64,000 nucleotides of DNA. Source: Candidatus Vogelbacteria bacterium. GTDB taxonomy: Bacteria > Patescibacteriota > Minisyncoccia > Phycocordibacterales > XYD1-FULL-46-19. Made by a program: the position numbers and the translations under genes. Positions within the stretch are counted from its first letter, which is position 1; each line of letters starts with the position of its first letter. Shown one piece after another: positions 55,700-64,000 of the stretch. The notes under the pieces are model-generated. The model did not search any database. It saw only the letters and a list, made by a program, of their open reading frames with translations, and had not been told where the DNA came from. Where the stretch lies: the NCBI GenBank assembly GCA_903864935.1, contig CAIPHT010000007.1:16293-80292 (forward strand). Direction: 5' to 3'.

Positions 55700-56344
55700 A
55701 TGGATTTTGAGGAATTAGATGTCAAACAAGTTGAGGTAGAATTAACCGATCTAATTAAAAAGTTAAAGATTGGTGATAAAATTTCGGTCGCTTGGATTAA
55801 AGATTTTACCTACAATTTTGACGCACCGGACAATCAAATTGCTCAAAAATACTTTGGTGCGCTTTTTGATTTATTGCCCAAAAACATTAGTGAGAAAGAT
55901 TTTGAAACGGCGGTTAGGGTTTTTAATAATGCCTGGAATGCTTTTCCTCAAAAGATAATGGGTGGAATTTCGCCTCAAGAAAAAATGCTCGGAGCTAATT
56001 CCTTAGAAGAACATTTTGCTGTCGCAAAAAAAGACCTTGATAAATATTTAGATTGGGCAGGAAAAGAAGTTCTTCCTAATTACAAAAAGAGTTTGGAAAA
56101 TTTAAAATTGGACAAAATAAAAAAAAGAAATGCCGTTGGCGTAGCCGAAGTTTTATTTCAAATTTGTGGTCAGCTCGGGATGCTCGATTTTCGACGTTTG
56201 CCGCCAGATTTTATTAAAGATTTCCCTGAAATTTTTAAGAAGGAGGTGGTCGGTCCAAAAATTTCTCAGGAGAAAGTGGCGGAATATTTAGGTAATTTTC
56301 TAGCATTTTTAGACTTATTTTATGGTATCAAAGCTGTTGACTAA
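55700..56344 (+). CDS. hypothetical protein
   Basis: AWNAFPQKIMGGISPQE motif; AT-rich start context. Confidence 0.7.
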   Translation: MDFEELDVKQVEVELTDLIKKLKIGDKISVAWIKDFTYNFDAPDNQIAQKYFGALFDLLPKNISEKDFETAVRVFNNAWNAFPQKIMGGISPQEKMLGANSLEEHFAVAKKDLDKYLDWAGKEVLPNYKKSLENLKLDKIKKRNAVGVAEVLFQICGQLGMLDFRRLPPDFIKDFPEIFKKEVVGPKISQEKVAEYLGNFLAFLDLFYGIKAVD

Positions 56345-56424
56345 GATAATCCGTCCACCTCTTGTCTTTCTCTTTTGTAAATAGTAGTATCGATTTGGAT
56401 AAACAAACAAGAAAGGAGGTGCCC

Positions 56425-56793
56425 ATGGCATCGCTTAAGGAATTGGTAGACCTTTTCAACAATGGCGCTCTTGGCAAAATGCTGGCCGAGAGGTTCCATG
56501 GAGAGCGGGGTCACGTGTACCCCCGCCAAGACTCGGAGTTTGTGATTGGCTTCGCTTCGGAGGAAGCGACGCCATCAGGTGAGGCGATTGGGATAGCTGT
56601 GACCGAGTTTTACCAAGGTCTTGGTTATGTGGTCAAAGTGCTCAGGTATAATGATCCAGACGTCTTCGTCGCCAATGTTTATTGTCCGAAGGAGAATTTT
56701 GGAGTTATCCTGGTGAATATTACGACGAAGTACCCCATCTCCCTTGGTGGACCACACGACCATCTTCGGGTGATGACCAATGCCACAATCTGA
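56425..56793 (+). CDS. hypothetical protein in a stand-alone cassette
   Basis: TTGTCT-17-TAGTAT, AAGGAGGT SD, ATG 56425. Confidence 0.7.
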   Translation: MASLKELVDLFNNGALGKMLAERFHGERGHVYPRQDSEFVIGFASEEATPSGEAIGIAVTEFYQGLGYVVKVLRYNDPDVFVANVYCPKENFGVILVNITTKYPISLGGPHDHLRVMTNATI

Positions 56794-56858
56794 TCCCCAC
56801 GCCTTTCTTGCGCGGCTTCTCTGTAATCAGGGGGGCCGTTTTGTTTTTAATCTTTTTC

Positions 56859-57008
56859 TTATAACACCTTCTGGCCTCTAATTACTCGGATTAGAATTAC
56901 TACAAGGGCAACAACAAGAAGCAGGTGGATGAAGCCACCTAAGGTATAAGAGGTGACGAGACCCAAGAGCCAAAGCAAGATTAGAACAGCAGCAATTATT
57001 TCTAACAT
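56859..57008 (-). CDS. lmo0937-family (DUF5670) small membrane protein
   Basis: MLEIIAAVLILLWLLGLVTSYTLGGFIHLLLVVALVVILIRVIRGQKVL (manual translation). Confidence 0.88.
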   Translation of the reverse strand: MLEIIAAVLILLWLLGLVTSYTLGGFIHLLLVVALVVILIRVIRGQKVL

Positions 57009-57053
57009 AAAATTTATTTTTAAATTAAGCTATTAATTTTAAAGCCTGGGCGC

Positions 57054-57218
57054 TCAGTCATCTAAATGGCCTACCTCCACTTTCCCCCCGAACAATTGGA
57101 CAAGGATGGCGATAACCGCGATTATTAAGAGAAGGTGGATGAGCCCACCTAGGGTATAGGCAGTGGCTAGGCCAAGGAGCCAAATAATAATAAAAACAAT
57201 GGCGAGTGCGTACAACAT
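57054..57218 (-). CDS. lmo0937-family (DUF5670) small membrane protein, paralogue
   Basis: MLYALAIVFIIIWLLGLATAYTLGGLIHLLLIIAVIAILVQLFGGKVEVGHLDD (manual translation). Confidence 0.85.
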   Translation of the reverse strand: MLYALAIVFIIIWLLGLATAYTLGGLIHLLLIIAVIAILVQLFGGKVEVGHLDD

Positions 57219-57342
57219 ATCTTTGTATTTAAAATTAGGCGACTAATTTAAACCTTTCTATAAACTAAAAGACGGCAAAACCTTTGATTATTACAAATCC
57301 TCCCTCGCTACCCTAAAGTTTTAAAAGGTATATTATTAGAAT

Positions 57343-57789
57343 ATGAAGAAAACAATAGGGTTAATTACGATTTTGGTAATTTTAGCTTTGGCACTAATTT
57401 ACTTATTTGTAATTAGGCAGAGTGTCCAAAGGCCAAAAGTAGTCTGCAATTATCAATATCAAGAGGCTCAATATTTCCTCGCCTCAACCACCAATTTTTT
57501 ACTTATTGATCAGGGGACAGCGCCTGACCCCAGAGTTATTATTGTCTATGACCTAAATAAGTGTGCAAAAGTTTATGAAGGGCAATACTCCAAACCTTTC
57601 GCGCTTGCCGGTGAGACAGCTACTTATTGGGACCCGATTAATGACGAAGTTAGCGATGAGAATTGTCCCAAGAACAAGGATTATCTAAAAGAGGGGTTAG
57701 GAGTTGGCCTTGAATCTCATATTGCCCTTAATCTCTCTAATTTAACAAAAAAGAGTTTGGGCGAGGTTCGCTGTTCCCCTCGGCAATAA
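57343..57789 (+). CDS. membrane-anchored exported hypothetical protein
   Basis: N-terminal TM, DQGTAPDPR, four Cys. Confidence 0.75.
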   Translation: MKKTIGLITILVILALALIYLFVIRQSVQRPKVVCNYQYQEAQYFLASTTNFLLIDQGTAPDPRVIIVYDLNKCAKVYEGQYSKPFALAGETATYWDPINDEVSDENCPKNKDYLKEGLGVGLESHIALNLSNLTKKSLGEVRCSPRQ

Positions 57790-57838
57790 AGTCGTGCTAG
57801 GATATAGACATATTATTAATTTATAAAATATAAGGCTT

Positions 57839-58597
57839 ATGGGTATTATTGTTGTGGTCATTATTATTGTTCTCTTCTTTTTGGCGACCTCTTTGCGCGT
57901 GGTTAAGGAGTATGATCGAGGCGTTATCTTTTTTCTCGGTAAGTGTACCGGTGTTCGTGGGCCAGGGCTTATTATCCTTATTCCGATTCTAGAACAAATG
58001 ACCAAGGTCACCTTGCGTACCATTACGATGAATATTCCATCGCAGAAGATTATTACTAAAGATAATGTCTCTATTGATATTGCCGCCGTCGCTTACTATC
58101 ACATTGTTGATGCTGAGAAGTCGGTTGTGGCGATTGAGGATGTTTATGACGCGGTGAATCAGATTAGTCAGACAACAGTAAGAAATGTCGTTGGTCGCTT
58201 TTCTCTTGACCAACTTCTTTCTCAGACCAGTGATATCAATGTTCAGATTAAGGATGTTATTGATTCTCACACTGAACCATGGGGTGCTCAAGTGACGGCG
58301 GTAGAGATTAAGGATATTCAACTTCCTGAGAACATGCAACGGGCGATGGCTAAAGAGGCTGAGGCTGAGCGTGAGCGACGAGCTAAGATTGTGGCCGCTG
58401 AAGGAGAATTTCAGGCTGCTGTTAAACTTGGTGAAGCCGCTGATATTATTGCTTCTCACCCGGTCGCCCTTCAATTGCGAACACTCCAGACCATGGCCGA
58501 GATTAGCGTGGAGAAGAATTCAACCATAATTTTCCCTGCTCAATTTATGACGACTGTCTCCGAGGCAATTAAGATGATTAAGGGGGACAATGCTTAG
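57839..58597 (+). CDS. SPFH/stomatin (slipin) family protein
   Basis: EYDRGVIF, ITKDNV, MQRAMAKEAEAERERRAK, LQLRTLQT. Confidence 0.95.
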   Translation: MGIIVVVIIIVLFFLATSLRVVKEYDRGVIFFLGKCTGVRGPGLIILIPILEQMTKVTLRTITMNIPSQKIITKDNVSIDIAAVAYYHIVDAEKSVVAIEDVYDAVNQISQTTVRNVVGRFSLDQLLSQTSDINVQIKDVIDSHTEPWGAQVTAVEIKDIQLPENMQRAMAKEAEAERERRAKIVAAEGEFQAAVKLGEAADIIASHPVALQLRTLQTMAEISVEKNSTIIFPAQFMTTVSEAIKMIKGDNA

Positions 58598-58630
58598 CTA
58601 GTTATAAAAAATTAAGTATATAATTATTAC

Positions 58631-59017
58631 ATGACAATAAATTATCTAGGTATCATTTTGGGGACAGCTCTTAATATTGTTCTGGCTCGAATTTGGTACG
58701 GGGTCTTCTTTAAGGATCTTTGGCGGTCTCTTACCAATCGCACGGCCACCGAGAAGCCGGATAGGTTGCAGATGGTTGTCGCCCTTATTTTTGGCTTAAT
58801 GATGTCTCTTGGGGTTAATCTTTTGGTTGGACTCTTTGCTATTGATACTCTTGCTTGGGGTTTGTTTATTGGTCTTGTTCTTGGCGTCCTCATTGTTGCC
58901 CCGATTATCTTGGGGGAGTGGATTTGGGATAAGAAAAATTTTGAACTCGCGGCCATAAACGCCGGTTTCTATCTGGTTTATCTCGTCTTAGCTTTCTTTA
59001 TCTTCGTTTTGGTTTAA
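58631..59017 (+). CDS. DUF1761 family membrane protein
   Basis: INYL, IWYG.FF..W, four TM helices, AINAGF. Confidence 0.8.
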   Translation: MTINYLGIILGTALNIVLARIWYGVFFKDLWRSLTNRTATEKPDRLQMVVALIFGLMMSLGVNLLVGLFAIDTLAWGLFIGLVLGVLIVAPIILGEWIWDKKNFELAAINAGFYLVYLVLAFFIFVLV

Positions 59018-59080
59018 TTTCTAAATTTTCCAAGGCCCCCGCGACAAGGGCGGAACATCCTTTGGGGTATCACATAGGTC

Positions 59081-59272
59081 TTGACAATACGCAATAAAGG
59101 GTGTATAATTAAAAAAGATAAGTAATAAGAAGTGCTGGTTCTTTTAAAAACTGGTTGCGCCTAGCCAGCGTAATTGTTGCCCTCGTTCGGGGGATTACGG
59201 CTCTCTGTTCCATGTGGCGCAGAGGAAAGTAAAACTGGCCAAACGGCCACATTCCCCTGAAAGGAGGAAAAG
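59081..59272 (+). promoter_or_regulatory. consensus promoter plus long structured leader
   Basis: TTGACA-17-TATAAT (59081-59109), four short hairpins, AAAGGAGG SD. Confidence 0.65.
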
Positions 59273-59920
59273 ATGAGGCAGGTGAAATTCAAGGCGACAT
59301 GGGATCACAAACCGTTCGCCGAAATTGACGGATGGCCAGCTTGGCCAACATCGGAAGGGGTTCAGCCCATGGTCGGTGAGACATGGGAGGTGGACGTTGC
59401 TGGTGTTAAGAGCGGGATGGACAAGTGGATAAGACTTGTCCGTAAGGTAGAGGCAGAACCCGTTGCTGGGCCTGCTACTATCGTTGTCGTGAGGGACAGC
59501 AATGATATGTTGTACTCACCGACGAATTGGAAAGTCCTGATCGATGGCCAGCCATTACGGAAAGATGCGCCAGTTGTTGATGCTGTGAGGAGCATTAAGT
59601 TCGCTCTTCCGAGCAACGATCGGGCGAAGGAGTATGCGAACTCCCTGTTTCAGCTGGAGGAAGGAAGGATTTACGTTTTGATCTTTGAGACGTACAACTC
59701 GAGGAATACCCCTCGCATTGTAAGTGAAGGGGGACTGATTCGGGTGTTCGCCTATGGCGATGGTCACGGAATGTCGTGGGCGGCGTTGTTCAAGGTAAGC
59801 GAACCATCCTGGACCGTCGACTGGAATACGCCGAGCGGCAAGTACCGGATCGTTGGGTCCGGAGAGAAGTACGTTCATAAGGACGAGGAACGAAGGGTTG
59901 AAGAAGCCCCTATCGCATAA
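59273..59920 (+). CDS. hypothetical protein (GC-richer, stand-alone cassette)
   Basis: 215-aa ORF with strong SD and downstream hairpin/T-run. Confidence 0.75.
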   Translation: MRQVKFKATWDHKPFAEIDGWPAWPTSEGVQPMVGETWEVDVAGVKSGMDKWIRLVRKVEAEPVAGPATIVVVRDSNDMLYSPTNWKVLIDGQPLRKDAPVVDAVRSIKFALPSNDRAKEYANSLFQLEEGRIYVLIFETYNSRNTPRIVSEGGLIRVFAYGDGHGMSWAALFKVSEPSWTVDWNTPSGKYRIVGSGEKYVHKDEERRVEEAPIA

Positions 59921-60035
59921 AAACTTCATTGCCCACCATTCGAACACAGGGAAACCTCCCGTCGTGAGATGGTGGGTTTTCTTTTTAAAAAATTAAGTAG
60001 AACCTTTTTCTTATTTAAGCTATTATAGTTCTACT

Positions 60036-60641
60036 ATGTTTAATATTGTCGCTTTGGTAAAAACTTTTGGCTACTTGGGAATTTTTGGGGTTGTCTTTGC
60101 CGAGTCGGGATTATTTTTTGGTTTCTTCTTGCCGGGGGATTCGCTGGTTTTTACGGCGGGATTTTTAGCTTCGCAAAATTATCTTAATATTTACATTCTT
60201 CTTGTTGGCTTACTCATCTCAGCGGTAGTGGGGGATAATGTGGGTTATTGGTTTGGGGCGAAGGTGGGGCCAATGATTTTCAAAAAAGAGGATTCCCGTT
60301 TTTTCAAAAAACATTATGTTGAAGAAGCTCACAAATTTTTTGAGAAGTATGGGGGCAAGAGTTTGATCTTGGCGCGCTTCGTTCCCGTTGTGCGCACCTT
60401 TATCCCGATTGTGGCCGGGGTGGCAAAAATGGAATACAAAAAGTTTTTTCTCTTTAATGTTGTTGGCGGTTTGCTCTGGGCGGTGGGTCTATGTTTGGCC
60501 GGCTTTTATCTCGGGCGAGTGATCCCCGATGCTGATACTTACATTATCCCTATTATCCTTCTGATTATTGTCGTTTCTGTTTTGCCTGGCTTGGGTCACT
60601 TCGGCGGAACTTATGTCTCTCGGAAAATTAGGAAGAAGTAA
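60036..60641 (+). CDS. DedA/VTT family membrane protein
   Basis: FAESGL..GFFLPGDSL, GDNVGY, ARFVPVVRTF. Confidence 0.95.
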   Translation: MFNIVALVKTFGYLGIFGVVFAESGLFFGFFLPGDSLVFTAGFLASQNYLNIYILLVGLLISAVVGDNVGYWFGAKVGPMIFKKEDSRFFKKHYVEEAHKFFEKYGGKSLILARFVPVVRTFIPIVAGVAKMEYKKFFLFNVVGGLLWAVGLCLAGFYLGRVIPDADTYIIPIILLIIVVSVLPGLGHFGGTYVSRKIRKK

Positions 60642-60654
60642 GGTTTAAAGTTAT

Positions 60655-61350
60655 TTAATTAATTCTGTAAATAACATCCTTGCGTTCGACAATCACTGGC
60701 CACTTATTGAGTTTGGCATAACGATAGAGCTTCTCGTTAGGATTAAAGCAAATTGGCTTCTCAACAGCTTCGAGCATGGGAATGTCGGCGCTGGTATCGC
60801 CAACCGCGATCGAACCTTCAAGGGTTAGATTTTCTTTCTCGACAACGCGATGAATGATATTGGCCTTGTTGGCAATTAAGTGTTCATCAACAATGGCTCC
60901 GGTAAATTTGTCGCCCGGGCCAAGTTCGTAGAAGCGACCATAAATTTTATCAAAGCCGAGTTCTTGGCAAAAAATGTCGAGGATACCCTTGGGTGAGCCG
61001 GAGATGGCAATAAGATAATAACCACGTTTCTTAAGATTGCGAACAAGTTCGCGCGTATAGACATAAGTACGATTCTTTTTCTCGCTCATTAACTTTTTGA
61101 CCACTCCGATAAAATCGCCATAAGAGATCCCTTTAATATTCTTGTTAAAGACAGTAATTATATCTTCAATATATTTGCCATACTCGTCTTCGCGATTGAG
61201 CCACTTCTCGAAAGAGGCACGATACTCGACCCGAGCTTCGGGCGGGAAGAGGCCTTCATCAATAAGAGCTTCGGTCAGCTCAATCAACAAGCTTGAACGG
61301 AAGATGGTCCCGTCAATATCAAAAGCGGCAAATTTTTTAGGCTTCTCCAT
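60655..61350 (-). CDS. HAD-IB family phosphatase (SerB-like)
   Basis: FDIDGT, ISGS, GDTSADIPML, FNP. Confidence 0.9.
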   Translation of the reverse strand: MEKPKKFAAFDIDGTIFRSSLLIELTEALIDEGLFPPEARVEYRASFEKWLNREDEYGKYIEDIITVFNKNIKGISYGDFIGVVKKLMSEKKNRTYVYTRELVRNLKKRGYYLIAISGSPKGILDIFCQELGFDKIYGRFYELGPGDKFTGAIVDEHLIANKANIIHRVVEKENLTLEGSIAVGDTSADIPMLEAVEKPICFNPNEKLYRYAKLNKWPVIVERKDVIYRIN

Positions 61351-61389
61351 AATCTTTAAATAATACCACAAATTTGCTACAATCAAGGG

Positions 61390-61845
61390 ATGAGAGAAAA
61401 AGCCGAAATCCTTGTTCAAAAGTATATTATAACGGCCGTTTACCTCTTTGTTTGGGCCGGGACTCTCGGCAGTCTTTATTTTAGCGAGGTCAAACATCTG
61501 CCACCTTGTTCCCTTTGCCTTATCCAGCGCGGATTGATGTATCCACTTATCCTTATTATGGGGATCGGGTTGTGGAAGAAGGATCGCTGGTTGCCTTATT
61601 ATGTCTTACCCTTCTCCATCTTAGGCCTAATTGTCTCGGGTTATCACAATTTGCTGGTTTGGCATTTAGCCCCCGCTGATCTCATTGTTTGCTCTATCCA
61701 GCTACCTTGCACCATTCAAGAATTTGCCCTTTTGGGCTTCGTCACCATCCCCTTAATGTCCTTCTTTGCTTTTGCCTTTATAACGGCGGGGATAATTACT
61801 TATGCAAAATTAACCCTTAAAATTAAGGGTCCTGGGCGGGGTTGA
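61390..61845 (+). CDS. dsbB: disulfide bond formation protein DsbB/BdbC
   Basis: GSLYFSE, PCSLCLIQR, GFVTIPLMS. Confidence 0.9.
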   Translation: MREKAEILVQKYIITAVYLFVWAGTLGSLYFSEVKHLPPCSLCLIQRGLMYPLILIMGIGLWKKDRWLPYYVLPFSILGLIVSGYHNLLVWHLAPADLIVCSIQLPCTIQEFALLGFVTIPLMSFFAFAFITAGIITYAKLTLKIKGPGRG

Positions 61846-61947
61846 CTTTTTAGGCGAGAAGGGGTATCATTAAGAGTAATAAGCCCGCGGGGGCTTTTTT
61901 TAAAAACTGACAATTTTAGCAATTTTATTAGCTTAATAAAAAATACT

Positions 61948-62133
61948 ATGTCTAGACTCCTCAATTACTTCAAAGATACTCGTAGCGAGATGAAGCACGT
62001 GAGCTGGCCCACCCAGAGCCAGACCATTAACTTCACAATCATGGTTCTCGCCATTTCGATTTTTACCGGCTTACTTCTTGGCTTGTTTGATGTTATCTTC
62101 CAACTTGGTCTAAAAAGTTTTATTCTAAAATAA
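61948..62133 (+). CDS. secE: preprotein translocase SecE
   Basis: EMKHVSWP plus TM; synteny with nusG. Confidence 0.95.
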   Translation: MSRLLNYFKDTRSEMKHVSWPTQSQTINFTIMVLAISIFTGLLLGLFDVIFQLGLKSFILK

Positions 62134-62141
62134 AAATAATT

Positions 62142-62687
62142 ATGGCAAAACAAGAACTAGAACAAGGGCGTAATTGGTACGCCATCCACACCTACTCAGG
62201 CTACGAGAATGCGGTCGCCCGTAATCTTAAACAGCGTATTGAGTCTCTTGGTATGGAGAACAAAATTTTTAACGTGATTGTCCCCACTGAGAAAAAGGTT
62301 AAGGTGAAGGGAGGGAAGCGTGTGACCGAAGATGAGAAGATTTACCCAGGTTATGTCTTAGTAGATATGACGGTGACCGATGACTCTTGGTATGTTGTCC
62401 GTAATACCCCGCGAGTGACTGGCTTTATCGGCTCGGGTGTCGTCCCTGTTCCTCTTGAGAAGAAGGAGGTGGATGAACTCTTCAGTCGTATGAGTGACGA
62501 TAGTGTGAAGCATAATATTGACTTGGTGAAGGGTGAGTTGGTAACCATTGTCGATGGCCCATTTAAGGAGTTTGAAGGTAAGGTTAGTGAGACAGATGAA
62601 GTTCGTGGTAAGGTTAAGGTCTTGGTCTCCATGTTTGGTCGCGAGACCCCGGTCGAACTCGATTTCTTGCAAGTTAAGAAGATTTAA
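62142..62687 (+). CDS. nusG: transcription factor NusG
   Basis: WYAIHTYSGYE, PGYVLV, VRNTPRVTGF, KOW, FGRETPVEL. Confidence 0.98.
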   Translation: MAKQELEQGRNWYAIHTYSGYENAVARNLKQRIESLGMENKIFNVIVPTEKKVKVKGGKRVTEDEKIYPGYVLVDMTVTDDSWYVVRNTPRVTGFIGSGVVPVPLEKKEVDELFSRMSDDSVKHNIDLVKGELVTIVDGPFKEFEGKVSETDEVRGKVKVLVSMFGRETPVELDFLQVKKI

Positions 62688-62710
62688 GGTAAATTAGCTA
62701 AGCAACTATT

Positions 62711-63136
62711 ATGGCAACACAAAAAGTAACAAAAAAGATTAAATTACAGATTCCGGCTGGTAAAGCTACCCCAGCTCCTCCAGTTGGTACCGCTTTGGGT
62801 CCTGCTGGCGTGAACATTGGTGATTTCGTTCAGAAGTTCAATGCGGCCACCGCTGAGATGGCTGGCAACATTATTCCGGTTGAATTATCTGTCTACGCCG
62901 ACCGCAGTTTCGACTTTATTCTTAAGACCCCACCAGCCGCCAATCTCTTGATGAAGGCTGCCGGTATTGAGAAAGGTTCTGGTAAGAACTTGGTCAGTAA
63001 GTCTGGCAAAGTCACTAAGGCTCAGGTTCGTGAGATTGCTGAACGCAAGATGCCTGACCTCAACACTACCGATATTGAACAAGCCGTTCGCATGATCGAA
63101 GGCACTGCCCGCTCGATGGGAATGGAAATCAAGTAA
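62711..63136 (+). CDS. rplK: 50S ribosomal protein L11
   Basis: [25 protein letters not shown]. Confidence 0.98.
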   Translation: MATQKVTKKIKLQIPAGKATPAPPVGTALGPAGVNIGDFVQKFNAATAEMAGNIIPVELSVYADRSFDFILKTPPAANLLMKAAGIEKGSGKNLVSKSGKVTKAQVREIAERKMPDLNTTDIEQAVRMIEGTARSMGMEIK

Positions 63137-63150
63137 TTAAGTTTAAATTT

Positions 63151-63197
63151 AAAAACAAAGACCTTGAACAGCTTATCTGTCAAGGTTTTTGTTTTGC
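63151..63197 (+). terminator. terminator after rplK
   Basis: AAAACAAAGACCTTGA..TCAAGGTTTTTGTTTT. Confidence 0.7.
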
Positions 63198-63219
63198 TTT
63201 AATTTGTTAAAATAGAGAT

Positions 63220-63792
63220 ATGAGATTAGCTGTTGTTGGTCCGCAGAATACGGGCAAGTCCACCTTTATTCAGGATTTTGTAAAAACTTTTCCTGATTAT
63301 ATTACGCCGGCCGAGACTTATCGGGACGTTATTAAACGTAAAAAATTAGACATAAATCAGAAGGGGAGCGAAGAGACACAGAAGGCCATCCGTGATTTTC
63401 TCTACAACCAGATTTGTCATAACCAGGAAAGGAATGTTCTCTTCGACCGTTGTGTGATTGATAATTATGTTTACTCGCTGGCCCTTTATGAGAAAAAACA
63501 GGCGAGTCTCGAATTTCTAAATGAGACTTTTGACATGGCCGTTAAGCATCTAGAGTTCCTTGATGGCATCATCTTCATTCCATCGGCCGTCTCGGTAAAA
63601 TTGGTCAACGACGATCTACGAGATATTGAGACAAAATATATTGATAAGATTAACCGTTTCTTTATTAAGACACTATTCCTTCTTCATAAAGACCGACCGA
63701 TTGAAGTCTTCGTTATCTCGGGGGATAGGAAGGAGAGATTAAAACTAGCTCGAGACATCTTCCACTTTATCAATTATCGTCTAAGACTGTAA
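63220..63792 (+). CDS. AAA_28/NadR-like P-loop kinase
   Basis: GPQNTGKST, LFDRCVIDNYVY. Confidence 0.8.
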   Translation: MRLAVVGPQNTGKSTFIQDFVKTFPDYITPAETYRDVIKRKKLDINQKGSEETQKAIRDFLYNQICHNQERNVLFDRCVIDNYVYSLALYEKKQASLEFLNETFDMAVKHLEFLDGIIFIPSAVSVKLVNDDLRDIETKYIDKINRFFIKTLFLLHKDRPIEVFVISGDRKERLKLARDIFHFINYRLRL

Positions 63793-63797
63793 AAATA

Positions 63798-64000
63798 ATG
63801 AAAGACAAACAAATCGAAAATTTAATTAAGGCCGAAGAGAAGCGCCAAAAGAGTGTGGTTAATCTTACCGCTTCAGAGAACTATGTGTCCAAAGATGTTC
63901 TCATGGCCTTAGGCTCAATCCTGACGAATAAATACGCTGAGGGCTATTCAGTTCAGCGCTATTATTATGGTACTGATATTAGCGACCAGATCGAAAATCT
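63798..64000 (+). CDS. glyA: serine hydroxymethyltransferase (N-terminus, truncated by window edge)
   Basis: MKDKQIENLIKAEEKRQ..NLTASENYVS..ALGSILTNKYAEGY..RYY. Confidence 0.93.
   Translation, partial: MKDKQIENLIKAEEKRQKSVVNLTASENYVSKDVLMALGSILTNKYAEGYSVQRYYYGTDISDQIEN

Noticed and set aside
1-64000. CRISPR array, cas genes, rRNA, integrase/transposase, reverse transcriptase
   Set aside because: No regularly spaced direct repeats and no ORF with the relevant motifs was seen. The DGR inference therefore rests only on target-like genes.

Overview
Origin-proximal 64 kb of a small-genome bacterium, most consistent with Patescibacteria/CPR (Parcubacteria-like). The assignment rests on the reduced gene set, a short YebC, polA without a recognisable 3'-5' exonuclease, rplK without an adjacent rplA, tRNA-Arg(GCG), type IV pilus genes and a CPR-type PrgI/VirB4/VirB6/pilin cluster. 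Layout: (i) uvrD-rsmA, then a type IV secretion-like cluster with a T4-lysozyme-domain protein and a divergent putative M15-like peptidase; (ii) yidC-rnpA-rpmH / dnaA-oriC-dnaN; (iii) housekeeping, repair and pilus genes, six tRNAs, a RelBE-like TA pair and two tandem HNH genes overlapping tRNA-His. The most unusual signals are non-coding or sub-genic. A ~55-nt three-way-junction element with its own antisense promoter follows each of two NYN ribonuclease genes. Two dispersed DGR-target-like genes share a near-identical promoter, but there is no RT in the window. There is a 6S-like RNA divergent from ruvB, related structured RNAs flank the TA pair, and several core genes carry in-frame palindromic insertions. 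All calls come from reading the sequence by eye; no searches or folding programs were run.
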